From Paraspadella gotoi (taxonomy: Eukaryota; Animalia; Chaetognatha): a stretch of DNA of 64,000 nucleotides. Positions 42,601 through 56,824 of the stretch are shown here, piece by piece. The notes under the pieces are model-generated. The model searched no databases. It saw only the letters and a list, made by a program, of their open reading frames with translations, and was not told the DNA's origin. Numbering within the stretch: the first letter of the stretch is position 1; every line of letters starts with the position of its first letter. The translations under genes were made by a program, and so were the position numbers. Location: assembly GCA_051294375.1 (NCBI GenBank), contig CM119267.1, forward strand, positions 4,433,070 to 4,497,069. The letters run 5' to 3'.

Positions 42601-44780
42601 GGAATAAGTAATAATAGAATATATAAGAAAAATGAATAGTATGAATTTGACAATAATCTCTCCGGTTTATACTGCCTGTTCGGTCTCTTAATAACTTCAC
42701 ACGATTGTACGCTCTAGTGCTTAGACGGGAAGATCTTTCTTATCTATTACATTTTTTTTAACACAGGGATACCCGTCCTTATCTGACCACCAAAATCGGG
42801 GTCTTACTCCCACAAAAACACAAATAACTTTAAAAGACGGTTAAACTCAGTTTAAATTCTTAATTTTTTTTCTTTAAATTTATTTATTTCTTTTTTCCTT
42901 ATAATACCAACGGTATGACATAGGGTGTTGACATGCTCTACCTGTACCTTCCGTTCTCCTTGTTGTATCGGTCTCGGCTCAGAACCGTGCCGCGTCTCGA
43001 CCTCGCGAAAAGCAGCGATATATAGGGACACGCGGAGAGTGGACGAAGGCCGCTTACACGTCGAGATGGCGCACGAGTACGAGGAATCCGGGGAACTCCG
43101 GCGGCTTGCGGGACCACTGGAAAGAAGCGGGGCGAATACTTTCGAGCAATACCCTCAAAAATGAATCTTCGGCTAAGGCGTTGTTTAGACCAAGTTATGC
43201 GTGGCTAATGTCATGCGAGGCGCGAAAAGTACTGCGCCGAGGCGGAGACACGTTGCAAGAAGTCGCGCCGCACCTCCTCGGAACCAAAAGGGGTGGAAAA
43301 TGCGAAACAGGAACTGTTGCCGTGTGCGCGATTACGACGGGAACTTCGGAGACGAGGTGAGGGCGGATCATGCGCGATAAGCACGGAACTTTACGATCAT
43401 ATCGAGTCTGCCGAGAGCCGAGCGGGTAGAGACGCGAGATACGTTTGTTTGAGCGTCCACAGTCGGTATTCTGCTGACACCATTCGGGTTCGGTCGGGGT
43501 AGCCGTGACTTGATTCCGCCGTCTGGCGGCCGGTTATATTGAGAAAATACCTCATGGATCAATGGATGAAAATTCGGGGAAATTGATTAGTGGCAAACGG
43601 AAGTGCGTAGTCTCAGGCGGCTTCATTTCACTGGTCCTCAGAGTGGAAGACCAGATCTGCAAAGCTCCATGTCATTTTGGTTGATTCTATTCTTTATATG
43701 CGGCGCATTGTAATTTGTATATATTCATCCTTAAAGGCCACTACGAGAGGGATTTTTTTTGCTATATAAAATGCCAATGTAAGTTAATACAATTGGTATC
43801 CGGGAATTTTAATAGGAGGCTGGGACCAGTTAGCGAAAAGGCGGGCAATTATGTGGATCCATTCAATTTAACGTTTTTTTGGAGAATATGATGGCAAAAG
43901 ATAAGTGGTTTCTCGTATATTTAAAAAAATATTTAGTCACGTACATCCACCATAAAACATGGTTAAATCTAACTATTCGGAAACGAAAATCATCCAAAGA
44001 ATGGGCGCAAACCCTCTTTGCCCCGCAATCGGAGCACTCTTACTTATTTTTTACGATCAACCAAATATTAATTCGGCGCTTCACAGGACGATAGAAGAGA
44101 CGGTCGTTTATTCACCAAAAATCAACTGCTCTGTCTCGAACTCTCGACGATACAGGTATCCGGGGGGAAAAAGTCTGTTATATACAGTTGTATCACTTGG
44201 CGAATTGGGCCAAAATGCGAGAGATTGAACGACAGGTGAAAAAGCGAAAAGAGGAAAAGTGGTCGAAAAATATTTGCCTTTTCAGCGGTACACGCATTAA
44301 TTATGATTGGAAATTATGTCTTTCAACACTTGTATGCAGGATTTGGGGAATTGTTCTATACACAATGGAAAAGTTTAAAAATCGGTAAATGGTAGAAATT
44401 TATTGACATTTCCTAAAAATTCTTTTTGAAGATTTCTGTAATAACTAAGTAAAGGTTTGTGTCGAAATGATTTCTGTGGTCTTGCCCTCTTTTGATTTTA
44501 CATTAATACTGATCACTCTAAGAATACATAATATCTTCGTTGGGAGATAAACCAAGCTTTCTTCTCTGCGTAATATTAATTGGGAATCTTCACATTGCAG
44601 TTTAACAACTCGTAATGCAGTATATGAAACAAAGGGCTAAGTTTTATAAAATTAAATTTACGAGCGATGACCGCAAATCAAACGGAATTTTACAGATTTA
44701 AAATCAAACGCCGAAAATATTAAAAATATTACAATAAAGATAAAGCAAAATACCGGAGAACTCGAGGCGAGTGAATATCC
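33010..44780 (+). repeat. 11.8 kb direct duplication, copy 1
   Basis: Every ORF from 33887 to 44388 recurs with identical translation at a constant +11798 offset. Ends with ...gaggcgagtgaatatcc at a 25-N gap. Confidence 0.98.
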
Positions 44781-44805
44781 NNNNNNNNNNNNNNNNNNNN
44801 NNNNN
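44781..44805. other. 25-N assembly gap; same length at 20796-20820, 26322-26346, 56579-56603, 63766-63790
   Basis: Counted N runs are all exactly 25. Confidence 0.95.
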
Positions 44806-45442
44806 GGAAAAGTCGTCTTCGGTTTTGTCGTCGTTTTCGTTGTTGTTGTTGTTGTTGTTATGGTTGTTGTTGAAAAAGGAACCATAGCGTCTAAAAAATA
44901 TTAATCAGACAACTGGATATCTCCTATTCAGGACAATTAATGGAGAAAAATCTATCCTGATTTAGACGCCCAAATTGTTTTTAAAACTGAATGAGATATT
45001 TTCGTATGGGTGGTAACAATTTTATACACACACAGGGTCTTAAAATAACGTTTAATTATAGTGCTTTAGCTACGATATAATATATAATAACGGAAGGTCT
45101 AATAATAGTAAAATACTAAATTTTATTCCCTTTTAGTTTCACTCTTTCGTTTTGATTTGTGTTCTGTTTTCTTCTATCCAAGATGGCGACTCGAAGAACC
45201 TTAAAAGAAACAAAGGAGTCAAAGACGAAACGAAGTGCGAATACGTTTTGTTTTTCGTTGCGCCAGAAGAGGAAAGGGTCAAACCTATTCTGGCGTCTGA
45301 ATCGCGTTGCCTTGGAAACGGAAACGCGGAAAAGAAAGAGAAAAGAGACAGAGAGAAAAGAAAGAAATTCAGTGGAGTGGAAGAAAGTTTTTCCTGCGAG
45401 TGAATAATAGGATTTCCCCGAGAAGTCTCGAGAAAACGAGGA

Positions 45443-45493
<51 letters not shown>

Positions 45494-48400
45494 CGTCCTC
45501 TTCTCTCTCTCTTCTCTCCTCAGACCAGTTCTTCACACATTCACTTTCTCGTGAAAAAATCAACGGCTACAATCGTTTCTAAGAGGAAAAAAAACAAAAA
45601 AGAATAAAATTTAAAGCTGAAGAAAGAAAGAAAGAAAAAACTTAAAGATAAAGGAAGGAGATGAAGAGATAAATGAAGAAAAAATTAGTCAACGAAACTA
45701 ATCTGTTTTTCCCCATTTTTTAAATTGCGAAATTGAGGAGGAGAGAGGCGAGGAGAATAGAGGGACACAAAGACAAAGGAAGGGGGAAGGTACAATCGCA
45801 CACCATTTAGCCACATAGCGCACTCATACTCTCCTTGTGGCCAGTTGCAGGGGGCGCCTTGGAGGAAGGGATAACACGAGTAGGGTGGGAGGAAGAGAGA
45901 GGGCAGTATGGACGATGGTAGTATGGTAGGGGTCAAGTATCGTTAGGAGTTAAGAGAAAGAGAGGAGAGAGAGGACAGAGTAGATGCAGATAGAGAATGA
46001 AAGCGAGGAGATTGAGGTGAGAAGGAGCACGTGAGTAGGGGGAGATTGGAGAGTAGTAAGAAGATGAAATTAATTCTTAAAAGCAAAACACATTTGGCCA
46101 CAGTTAGAGGATACTTCATTTTGAATTTGGTGTGAAAAAATTAAAATTTCTTTTAATAAACATTAATACCTTTAATTTATTTTTTTTTTGTGCTCTTCTT
46201 GTGTGTGGAAGGTTGGGTGTGTAGGTTTGTGTTATCCATTTAGCAATCTTATAAACTACTTTTATGTTAAAATTTAGATTATCTTGTAGGGCTTGTTTGC
46301 TAATTGGTCAAAACAAGTTTGTTTGATTTAGAACTTACGAAGAGAATAATTTAAAACCACATCCATTTTCTAAAATTTAAAAAATACTGGCACACATTTA
46401 TAATTTTTGGCAACTCATGGAGGGATTTTACACAAACAAAATCAAATACTATCACCTATTATATCTGGTAACTTGTTTTTTTCTAAGTTAAACATTTTAG
46501 TAGCATTTGTGCTTTGACTTCAAATCTTTCTATAAATAAGAGGATTGGATAGGATTTGGGGTAATATTATCGGGATTTCTGCGCAGCCACGAATAATTGA
46601 GAGAGGGGTTTCTCGAGAAGGGTATTCTTAATACCCTAAATTCCTTCATACTTAATATCACTGTAACAATATTATTACCCCTTTAAATATTTAATCGCTG
46701 TTCGTCGAGGCGATGCCTGTGGCTGCGATGGTAGCGTTTTGGCAACACTGGCGGCGGCTGCCGTGGCGGCGGCGGGCGGACGAACGACGCGCGGCAAAGT
46801 TCGCTCGCTCGTACACAAGCGATATTTCCCCGGTTCTCCATATAAGTCATCTTAGCGGTGTTCGACAGAATTTTTGGTATTTTCGTTGGTGTTTTCGCGT
46901 TTCCTTTTCCCGCATTATAAGGTCAGTCTCCTACCCCTTTGTTCTCCAACTTCCTACATGCGATGTCTCTGTCACCTTCCATCTCTTCCTATTACTTTCA
47001 CTTATTTTTCTTTTTTCTTTTCCGATTTTTTTTCTTTTCATTTCCATTTCGTTTACAGTCTTGTTCGCTCTCTCTCATTTTCGTTGTTCTCTTCTCCTCC
47101 GGAAAACTTGGTGAGGTCACCCTAGTATTCCAGCTTCTTTCACCTTTTTTATCGCTTCTACTATCTTCTTCCTTCTGTCTTTTTCTCCGGGTCATTCACA
47201 CCCACCCTTTTCTTCTTATTCCCTCTTCCACCATTCCCTTTCTCCTCCCCTAATATTTACTTACCTTTTCTTTATCTTAACTCCTATTCATCTTTCCGTC
47301 ATTTTTCTCATCTCCCTAGTCTTCCTCGTATACTCGTTTCGTGAATCTTCAAACACTTTGGTTCTCTCTTTCAATTCATCAATATTTATCCATTCAAAGA
47401 AAAATTTCACCCATCCCGTGGTCCAATCCAGGCATTCAGTGCTTGTCCAGTGGGACATCATCAACCTAAACGATAAGCTTTGTCCATAGACCTCCTTTCC
47501 GTCAATCCGACCGCCACAGTGACTTCACTCCAAGGTCTCTCCAAGACACCGAACGCTGCATCCTAGAATCTCCCTTGCATTTTTTTATTAAAACATTCCT
47601 CACCAGCGATTAAAAACGAAATTCCTTATTCGCCCTATCTTATTAGAACTCCCGGCTTGTCCGACTTTGCTTTTACCCCTGCCTAAGGATGTCTGCCAGT
47701 CCAAAGACAGACCAACCGCTTCCAATTTTGTCTAAAACTATGATGCAACTCTCCCACTCTCCCCTACACATCCTCTGTCTCCCACACGTTTTCCAATTAA
47801 GTCTCCAGCCTCCTCCCACCTTCCTCCTTCTAATGGTCCTCCCATCCCACTTCCTCACAACCCTCCGTTTCTTCTCCATATTCCTCCCTTCACTTCTCCC
47901 TTTATTTCTTTTCGCGTGTAGCAGCTTTAGACCCGGGTGCATGCCTGGCGACCCTTCCGGCGACCTTCGCCGTTCGATTCCGGAGACCCTCTTCCGGCAA
48001 AAACCCGGCCGCCGAGGAATTACGCCGCCCGACCTTTTCCAATTTAATAATCAGTGAAATATCGGGTTCGCGGCGCCGCCGGTTTTTTGTGTTTTTAGGC
48101 GGAAACGAAAATTCTTCCGCATGAGGGGCCTTCCCGCCCGTTCAATAATTTTATTTGGAAAGATTTTAGAAAATAAAATATAAATCTAATTTCTTCCTCT
48201 TAAAATCTGATTGCCGAACGTTTATTATTTCGACAACCATGTTAGTGTTTTAACAGCTCTTAATTAATTTCATTAATAAGGAATTTGAACTATTACAATA
48301 AATACTGGAAGTATTAATATCATCTATCTGTCTCGGGATAATTACAGGACCAAAAATAAAGTTCTATTTAAACCCTGAACGGGACTACCCAAAGTTACAA

Positions 48401-51400
48401 TCGTGTTTCTTGCCTCTTCCGTCTTCCCGACCTCTTCTATCGCCACAAGGGAATTTGAAAAGGTCTTCGACTTCCTCGACTTCAATTTCTTCCATTGACG
48501 GTTTCTCGGGCTCGCGACCTTCGCCAGCGTCCGACAGACACCTTTTTCAATTTCGGTTGTTACTCGAGGACGCCGGTCGCGAGCTGTCTAACACTAGGGC
48601 TTCTCGACCCGCGCCGCGGTCGATCTTGACACTTCCAGGCCACTGCACCCCCAGCACGCCGCCCGTGCCCTCCCTACCACTAACTCCCCCGCCGACCCGT
48701 GTACCGCCTCCAACAAACGGACATGGCACTGGACGGGTCGAACTCTGGCAGTCGGACGATGGGTGGGGGCCATCCCAAAAACAAACCCGATCAAAAAGAT
48801 GCCCAAAAGTCCGAAATCGCGTGTTTTGGTGTACCAAGCGTTCCAGATATTAAAAACGCGTTGCCTGTGTATATATTCGAAGCCGCGAACCTGTCCACAC
48901 GCCTATATTAATCCACTCGTCATCTTCGTCCAAGAACTGCCTTTTAATAATCTCTTCTTGGTTTTTTTGTGTGTGGGTGCTTGGTTGGTTCTTGTTTTTA
49001 TTTTTTTCTTTTCTTTATTTAAGAAGCACCATGATAAATTGAGGGGAGAGAGGAAGCAGAAAAGTATATATCTGATGGGATAAAATTTATGGATTTTAAA
49101 AAGAAAGGGCTAGAGGATTCGTTAGAATGGGAGCTATGTTATATCCGATTATCTGATTATTTCCGAATGGGAGATGCATATATAGCTTGGATAACTGACG
49201 ACGTTTAGGATTAAGACCCCCAGAGAGAGAGCATCGGTGTGCCAGTGTGTAGCACATTGCATACTCTACTCATATAGCCCTTTAATGTTCGGGACGTAAT
49301 GAGAATCTGCTTGTTCATTCACGTTTTCCAACATGAAAATACACGACATACCGTCTTTCCTTTCGCTCCTCTTCTTCCTCTTCCTTCTTTCTCAATTTCT
49401 CCTGTCACTTTCTCTTCCCACGTCACGACTCCTAGACAAGAAAACTTCTGTTTTTAACGAATTTATTCTCATGCGGTGAGATAGTTTTGATAACCTGTGT
49501 CAGAGAGATAACTTATTATGAGTCGGATCAATTATTCTCCCCTCTTGTGGTCATTCTATTTGGATTTCTGTTATTACGCAGCGCTCCTCTCCTAAAGCTC
49601 CAACCAACTGCATATCTTAAGTCCCCCCTCTTTCTCGCTGGGAGCTTACCGGGTGCGCGCAAGGGTGAAGCGTGGTTGGCGGCGTTATATACGTTGCCGA
49701 ATTGAAAATAGTTCGGAGTAAAGCAAAGCGGAGTGCGAGGGATAAACACTTGTTAATTATAATCTATTATTCTTGTATGAAGATTGTTACCTTTCCTATT
49801 CAGATTTCTTTGCTGACTTCGCCTTGCGGATTAGGACTTTGGATTATCTGAGAAATTTTTTTAATTAAAGTTTACTAGGAATATTTAAAATAATATTTAA
49901 TTAGTCTTACTCTTTAAATATATATCTCACAAATTACTTAATCAAGATTTATCTTTAGAAATATTTTTAATCAATTCTAAGAAATCGGAAAGAGAACGGA
50001 AAGAAATTCTTCAATGTTTTGAGGATTCTCGTAGCTGTGGTGTTTCGGTCGCGGTGATTCTACGTCTACTCGCTTGCTCTACTGGGATATTCGTCCGGCG
50101 TGTCACCGATCTCTTTAGATCGGGTCTCGGAAATACGAGAGGAATGGGGAATAGATAGGGGGATGGGATTAGTCAGAGGAATTGGTACTTATGACGTCGT
50201 CAAATACTGGAATTACAGACGTCATGTCGGAAATATCTCGTCGAGGAAATTGGCATTTAGTCGGTAGAGTGGCTGCAATCTGTGTGGTAAGAAAGATACA
50301 GGTATAGTGAAGATTAGAAATTGTTTGGCGTCGGTCTGTGCGCTCTGCAGTCATCGAGGTCTTCGTAAGTGTCCGGTTACAGTGTTTAGAGTTGTTTCGG
50401 ATAGTTAGTGGTAGTTCATCTCGTGTGATAATGTCGAGGATTCCATTCAGTGAGTTGTAAGTGGGGATTGTGGATAGGCACGATTGTGTGTTTATATCTG
50501 TGTTGCGTTAGAAACATTTATGGTAAGGATATGTGCAATGATTTATATTTGAGAGGTAGTATTGTGTGGTGTGCCTACTTCACTTGATGTCGCAAATCGG
50601 AGTCTAGGACTTCAGGTCTGAGGTACGGAAGAGAGAGTTGAAGTGAAAGCTAGGAAACAATAGAAAAAAAGGAATATAACAAAGAAGAGAGGAATAAGAA
50701 TTAAGAAGAGAAAGGAAAAATGAGGAAGTATGATTAAGGAAATGTCGGGCTGAAGATACCAGACTGAAAAGTGTTCGCAGAGTAAATTTGCATTTGGACG
50801 TGATTAGGATAATTTTAGTTTGACACGTAATGGTGGATACTTGATGGCAGAGGTGAATTGGGAATAGGGAGAGGCACACTCTTATTTACAAATTGCGAAT
50901 AATACAATTATTGAGCTATAAGAACTTAACCGTCAATTGGAAAAGGAGAGGAACTAGAGATTAAGAGCCCACGCCAATTTGGGCAACTTACCTGGATTGA
51001 TGAGGCCTTAGGAGCGTTAGATATTATTTTTTTATATAGAGTATATTAATTTCGGGGAATGATTATTACCACACTAATGTTCGACGGGCGTCGGAGGAAT
51101 AGCCTGTTGTTTTCTGGAGGATGTGTACTCGGTTAACGATATCTCTCAACGTTTTGCACGGATGGAATAAGGGAGGGAGGTGGATTGGATACTTTAAAGA
51201 GATGTGTGAATGGGATTAGGAGTATACGAAAAGATGCATGACGTGAAAAACTCTAGGTCGACCTTCTTTAATGAAATTGTAATATTCAGAAGTTTAGATG
51301 ATGAATTAAAACAAAGGACGATTGGATGAGTGAGAAGATATGGTAAATATGAGATGCGAAAAGTTTTCGTGGAGAGGAGAGGTGACAAAGTTTTTAACAG

Positions 51401-54400
51401 TATTAGTGAGATAGAGTCGTGTGTAGAAGTGAATTAAGTTACCCAAATTCTTCATTTAATCTGTAAAAGATTCAGTTGTTTAGAGTAGAATTGTTATTAA
51501 AATAAGATTTATAAGAGCCACGGATATAGATGTTCCACGAAGTGCTATACGAGGGAGAGTGTTCTGTAGATCACCTGTGGAGTGATGCGCCGACCACGAA
51601 TTAGGAGTTGAGCGGAAATTATGAGTGAAGGTAGATCAGGGTAAAATTAGTGAGAGACGTGAACAGAACACACAGAGGGAATTGTCATAATTTAGAGGAG
51701 TAGTGAATGGCATATTAGATACAGCTAAGTTTAGATTTCACGGCACTTTGTGTGTGGACGAAACATGAGTAGAGAGAGAATTTGCGAATTATGAGATGAT
51801 TATTATGAAAGATTCAGTGAGGGTGTCGGAGGCAGCTTTAGCTGCTTTATGTGGAATAATAGTTGTGTGTATTTAAAAAATGTTGGGAATAACAGGATCT
51901 TGTTGTGTTTTGTTTAATTTTGAGTTTAATTTAGTTTGTACTCATTATGTATATTTATGCGTCACATATGGGGCGAAGAGAAGAGAGAAAAGCGAGAAAA
52001 ATATGATGAGGGAGTAAAAAAAACTTGTAGGAGTAAATTAAACGGGGTTGTTAGTCAGGATGGGGACGTAAAATTATTCAGACTAATTTGTTATTATTTT
52101 ATTTAATATGAGAGTATGAGAGACGATGATTCTTCGGGGTCGAGGTGTCATCTCATCAGAAAACAAAAGTGCCCAAGAGGAATGAAGAAACGCATTCCCG
52201 CGAACGCGAGGTGATGAGGAGAGGGAGGAGTAGTTTGGGCTGTTGAAGTGGAGGAGGTGCAATGTTGCCATGAGAGGGATTGATGAGAATGATGAGAGAG
52301 TATGTTGGTGGGAGTTGAGTTATTTCGGTAGGGAGAGATGAGACAATGGAGAGAAGAGAGAGAAGCGAGGGGTAGAGACAAAATCACATCCCTGTATTTC
52401 AGGTAAAATTTATTTGTACCAACGTAATTCGATAAACAAGGAACGGGTAAATTATCATACCTTATTTGAATTCGATCATATCAGTAGAGTGTCTAAAGAG
52501 AAGTTCGTAACAGAATCGAATGAGAACACATAATACTTGCTATCACATCACGAGAAGAGAAGTAGGTGCATCTTCGTAACATAGTAGGACTAGTCAATGA
52601 AAACGATTCCCGGCTTGCGGGGCCAAGAGACCGTTATAATTCGTGCGTTAAACTACTTTACGACGTTATGGTCTTTGTAAGATATACGGTTGTAGGTACA
52701 GTTTGAAGTGCTGGTGTTAATGAAAGGTTATGAACTATAGACGAAAGGTAGTCGAGGGTTGTCTCATGGCATGTAGAACCGGCGCTTTCGAAGATATCTT
52801 ACCTATTCTAATACTTGGAGTCTACTCGAGGACATGAACAGGTTTTAGTGATTACCAAAAAACCATACATTCGTTCTAAACCATAAGGTACAGCCCCACT
52901 GATGGGTAGTGTTAAGAACCAAATGCGGGGAATCAGTCTGTATAGCACTCTCTGAAACACGAATCGAAATTCAATTTTTATTGGGATTCGGCCGGGACTT
53001 CTGGATTGGTTATAAAATCTTAAGACACACCCTCCACGCGGCGCGCGCGCGCGCCACTCGTCTAGAGGAATAAATCTCTCTAAAATTCACTCTCCGAAAC
53101 CACTTCCTATATACCCCTCTCCAACGCGGCGCGAATATCCCAGAAAAACGACGGTCCTCATCTTGCAAACCGGTACCACAAGGCGATTTCTTTTCTTCGG
53201 ATCAAGTTTCATCTAGATTTACAAATCAATGTTGCTTTTCGTTATTTGTTTTTTAATTTTTTCAGAAAATTACTAGGATTAATCGATAGCTTTCGCAATT
53301 TCATCCTAGAATGCCCCACCTTTACCTGCCACGTGGGCATTCCTTCAGTTGTTTTTCAATTAAAAATTAACGCACAAAATAATAGAACTCATGAATAATG
53401 CCACGTTAATACTCTCAATAAAACACTCCTTTTTTTTTTTTGCTCTCGACGACGGACAGATGAGTAAACCGCAATTTACTACCACTCCATGCTCGTAGGT
53501 TCACCGCTCCACCCAAGACGGAAACTGTCGGTCGTCGTCTCGTCGTCCCCGTTCAAAAACGAGCCCGCGCCCCATCTTGGTTTTCACGCTTCATTGATGA
53601 CAGCGCCCTCACATCATGGTACTGGACTCGTTTTGAGGGCGCTGGGAGCGGTTTTTCGGGGTCGGTCGTCGGTCGTAGTCCATACTGACTCATGTTATTC
53701 AAATATTACAATATAATTGCATTTACTCACCCTGGGCCTTGAGGGACAGACGGACTGTGGCTTATATTTCTTCTCCTGTTGTCTAGGAGATTCAATCTTT
53801 TGAGACACAGCGTTTAGAAACAGGGCTTTTAAGAAACAGGGATATTCATCAGGACACAATCTGGAGCAAAAAATTTCGGGAAAGGTCACCGAAATATTCA
53901 TCCACAATAATCTTATGGGAGAATAATTTAAAACTTGAAGGTTATTTCATGGAGATACAGGGGTTTTCTGGTTATCTGGCTGGGATTTGAATGTGGCTGT
54001 CTGGGCAGGGATTATACCATCATTATCTCAAGATGCTTTAAATCTCGTCATAATTTATCGGTCGCGGTTGGACTAATGAGTATTTTAGTTATCCTAAAAA
54101 ATATCTTGTTGAAAATCAAATAAACGGGACTCGCGGAGAGAAATGGGAAAAGTATAGCATAATATAAAAAACAAATGATCTTCGACAAGAGTTGGTTGCA
54201 CCATTTAATTAATACGTTGGGATTTATAAATAATTCGGGGTTAAAAGAGACACAACAAAATTTAAGCTTGTGTACTATAAGTTAACAAAGCGACCGCACA
54301 TGAAAATTGCATATTAAATTAAGCAGAAGAAAAAATAAGAAAAAAATACCATAATTGAGCAAAAAAGATAGAAGAATATATTGGATATACGTATTGAAGG

Positions 54401-56578
54401 AATAAGTAATAATAGAATATATAAGAAAAATGAATAGTATGAATTTGACAATAATCTCTCCGGTTTATACTGCCTGTTCGGTCTCTTAATAACTTCACAC
54501 GATTGTACGCTCTAGTGCTTAGACGGGAAGATCTTTCTTATCTATTACATTTTTTTTAACACAGGGATACCCGTCCTTATCTGACCACCAAAATCGGGGT
54601 CTTACTCCCACAAAAACACAAATAACTTTAAAAGACGGTTAAACTCAGTTTAAATTCTTAATTTTTTTTCTTTAAATTTATTTATTTCTTTTTTCCTTAT
54701 AATACCAACGGTATGACATAGGGTGTTGACATGCTCTACCTGTACCTTCCGTTCTCCTTGTTGTATCGGTCTCGGCTCAGAACCGTGCCGCGTCTCGACC
54801 TCGCGAAAAGCAGCGATATATAGGGACACGCGGAGAGTGGACGAAGGCCGCTTACACGTCGAGATGGCGCACGAGTACGAGGAATCCGGGGAACTCCGGC
54901 GGCTTGCGGGACCACTGGAAAGAAGCGGGGCGAATACTTTCGAGCAATACCCTCAAAAATGAATCTTCGGCTAAGGCGTTGTTTAGACCAAGTTATGCGT
55001 GGCTAATGTCATGCGAGGCGCGAAAAGTACTGCGCCGAGGCGGAGACACGTTGCAAGAAGTCGCGCCGCACCTCCTCGGAACCAAAAGGGGTGGAAAATG
55101 CGAAACAGGAACTGTTGCCGTGTGCGCGATTACGACGGGAACTTCGGAGACGAGGTGAGGGCGGATCATGCGCGATAAGCACGGAACTTTACGATCATAT
55201 CGAGTCTGCCGAGAGCCGAGCGGGTAGAGACGCGAGATACGTTTGTTTGAGCGTCCACAGTCGGTATTCTGCTGACACCATTCGGGTTCGGTCGGGGTAG
55301 CCGTGACTTGATTCCGCCGTCTGGCGGCCGGTTATATTGAGAAAATACCTCATGGATCAATGGATGAAAATTCGGGGAAATTGATTAGTGGCAAACGGAA
55401 GTGCGTAGTCTCAGGCGGCTTCATTTCACTGGTCCTCAGAGTGGAAGACCAGATCTGCAAAGCTCCATGTCATTTTGGTTGATTCTATTCTTTATATGCG
55501 GCGCATTGTAATTTGTATATATTCATCCTTAAAGGCCACTACGAGAGGGATTTTTTTTGCTATATAAAATGCCAATGTAAGTTAATACAATTGGTATCCG
55601 GGAATTTTAATAGGAGGCTGGGACCAGTTAGCGAAAAGGCGGGCAATTATGTGGATCCATTCAATTTAACGTTTTTTTGGAGAATATGATGGCAAAAGAT
55701 AAGTGGTTTCTCGTATATTTAAAAAAATATTTAGTCACGTACATCCACCATAAAACATGGTTAAATCTAACTATTCGGAAACGAAAATCATCCAAAGAAT
55801 GGGCGCAAACCCTCTTTGCCCCGCAATCGGAGCACTCTTACTTATTTTTTACGATCAACCAAATATTAATTCGGCGCTTCACAGGACGATAGAAGAGACG
55901 GTCGTTTATTCACCAAAAATCAACTGCTCTGTCTCGAACTCTCGACGATACAGGTATCCGGGGGGAAAAAGTCTGTTATATACAGTTGTATCACTTGGCG
56001 AATTGGGCCAAAATGCGAGAGATTGAACGACAGGTGAAAAAGCGAAAAGAGGAAAAGTGGTCGAAAAATATTTGCCTTTTCAGCGGTACACGCATTAATT
56101 ATGATTGGAAATTATGTCTTTCAACACTTGTATGCAGGATTTGGGGAATTGTTCTATACACAATGGAAAAGTTTAAAAATCGGTAAATGGTAGAAATTTA
56201 TTGACATTTCCTAAAAATTCTTTTTGAAGATTTCTGTAATAACTAAGTAAAGGTTTGTGTCGAAATGATTTCTGTGGTCTTGCCCTCTTTTGATTTTACA
56301 TTAATACTGATCACTCTAAGAATACATAATATCTTCGTTGGGAGATAAACCAAGCTTTCTTCTCTGCGTAATATTAATTGGGAATCTTCACATTGCAGTT
56401 TAACAACTCGTAATGCAGTATATGAAACAAAGGGCTAAGTTTTATAAAATTAAATTTACGAGCGATGACCGCAAATCAAACGGAATTTTACAGATTTAAA
56501 ATCAAACGCCGAAAATATTAAAAATATTACAATAAAGATAAAGCAAAATACCGGAGAACTCGAGGCGAGTGAATATCC
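44806..56578 (+). repeat. 11.8 kb direct duplication, copy 2
   Basis: Starts ggaaaagtcgtcttcgg (same as 33010). The first ~650 bp differ by small indels and the remainder appears identical. Ends on the same base as copy 1, again at a 25-N gap. Confidence 0.98.
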
Positions 56579-56787
56579 NNNNNNNNNNNNNNNNNNNNNN
56601 NNNTAAAAGCTGAAAGAAAGAAAGAAAGAAAAAAACTTAAAGATAAAGGAAGAGAGAAGAGATAAATGAGAAAAAATTAGTCAACGAACTAATCTTTTTC
56701 CCATTTTTTAATTGCCGGCGATTCGAAAGAAAGAAAGGGGAGAGAAAACGCAATTTACATGACATTAACTCTCCTTGTGCCGGGGTT

Positions 56788-56824
<37 letters not shown>

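Noticed and set aside
33010-56578. Giant LTRs, a provirus or a Polinton explaining the 11.8 kb repeats
   Set aside because: No internal region, no TG..CA or TIR ends, and no RT, integrase, polymerase or capsid-like ORF; the ends coincide with assembly gaps.
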